Shown here: positions 63,589 through 64,000 of the stretch, piece after piece
Position numbering within the stretch: position 1 is the stretch's first letter
How the letters are laid out: every line of letters begins with the position of its first letter
Source: Amoebidium appalachense
Taxonomy: Eukaryota > Protista > Ichthyosporea
Reading direction: 5' to 3'
Length of the DNA stretch: 64,000 nucleotides
NCBI GenBank assembly: GCA_963693365.1
Contig: CAVNZM010000011.1
Location: forward strand, 8,545,937-8,609,936
Notes under the pieces: generated by a model
What the model was told of the DNA's origin: nothing
Seen by the model: the letters and a program-made list of their open reading frames with translations, nothing else
Database searches by the model: none
Program-made: the position numbers and the translations under genes

Positions 63589-63699
63589 GTAAGGAACCCC
63601 CCTTCCCCCTCCCCCCCACCCACCACCGCAGCCACCACCCCCTTCCGCCCCTCTACCCGCACATCCCCTCCAACTCCCTCTCCTGCGTCAAAATGCCTA

Positions 63700-63730
<31 letters not shown>

Positions 63731-63824
63731 AAAAAAAAAAAAAAAAGGGAATGAGAGAAAGGAATAAATGAAACCACCACACAGCCACTCACATTCAAGG
63801 AAGGAAATCCGAGTGCTGTTGTTG

Positions 63825-63877
<53 letters not shown>

Positions 63878-63894
63878 AAAAAAAAAAAAAAAAA

Positions 63895-63937
<43 letters not shown>

Positions 63938-64000
63938 ACACACACACACACGTACACGTACACGCACACGCACACGCACACACGCACACACATACACACA

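Overview
Eukaryotic genomic DNA, probably from a unicellular organism (not identifiable from the sequence). Its introns are packed with (CA)n/(TG)n, (GA)n and long poly-C/G tracts, so almost all ORFs in the supplied track are repeat artefacts. Manual splicing gives four host genes. (1) A 14-exon, two-domain theta-class/LCIB-family carbonic anhydrase (-, 22639-10825, about 616 aa). (2) A 4-exon mitochondrial alternative oxidase (-, 30173-27601, 336 aa). (3) A 20-exon SEL1L/Hrd3-like ERAD adaptor (-, 56251-32537, about 641 aa). (4) A second theta-CA paralog in the opposite orientation (+, from about 58743, running off the window end). The first 7.7 kb is a retroelement nest: a full-length Ngaro-type tyrosine-recombinase retrotransposon with split direct repeats, integrated at a TCTAT core without a target-site duplication, inside a degenerate LINE and next to further LINE pieces. 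Introns also hold several MITE/foldback elements and a LINE 3' end fused to (CA)n. The most unusual signal is a dispersed family of short repeats, nearly all abutting poly-C on their likely RNA strand. Five copies conserve the two hammerhead-ribozyme core boxes in reversed order (CGAAAC, about 30 nt, then CTGANGA) with compensatory base changes. This suggests a permuted or pseudoknotted hammerhead-like RNA carried by a (C)n-targeting, possibly Penelope-like retroelement. Other oddities are (CA)n replacing the polypyrimidine tract at many acceptors, degenerate echo copies of exon boundaries, and apparent local gene conversion between the two CA paralogs.
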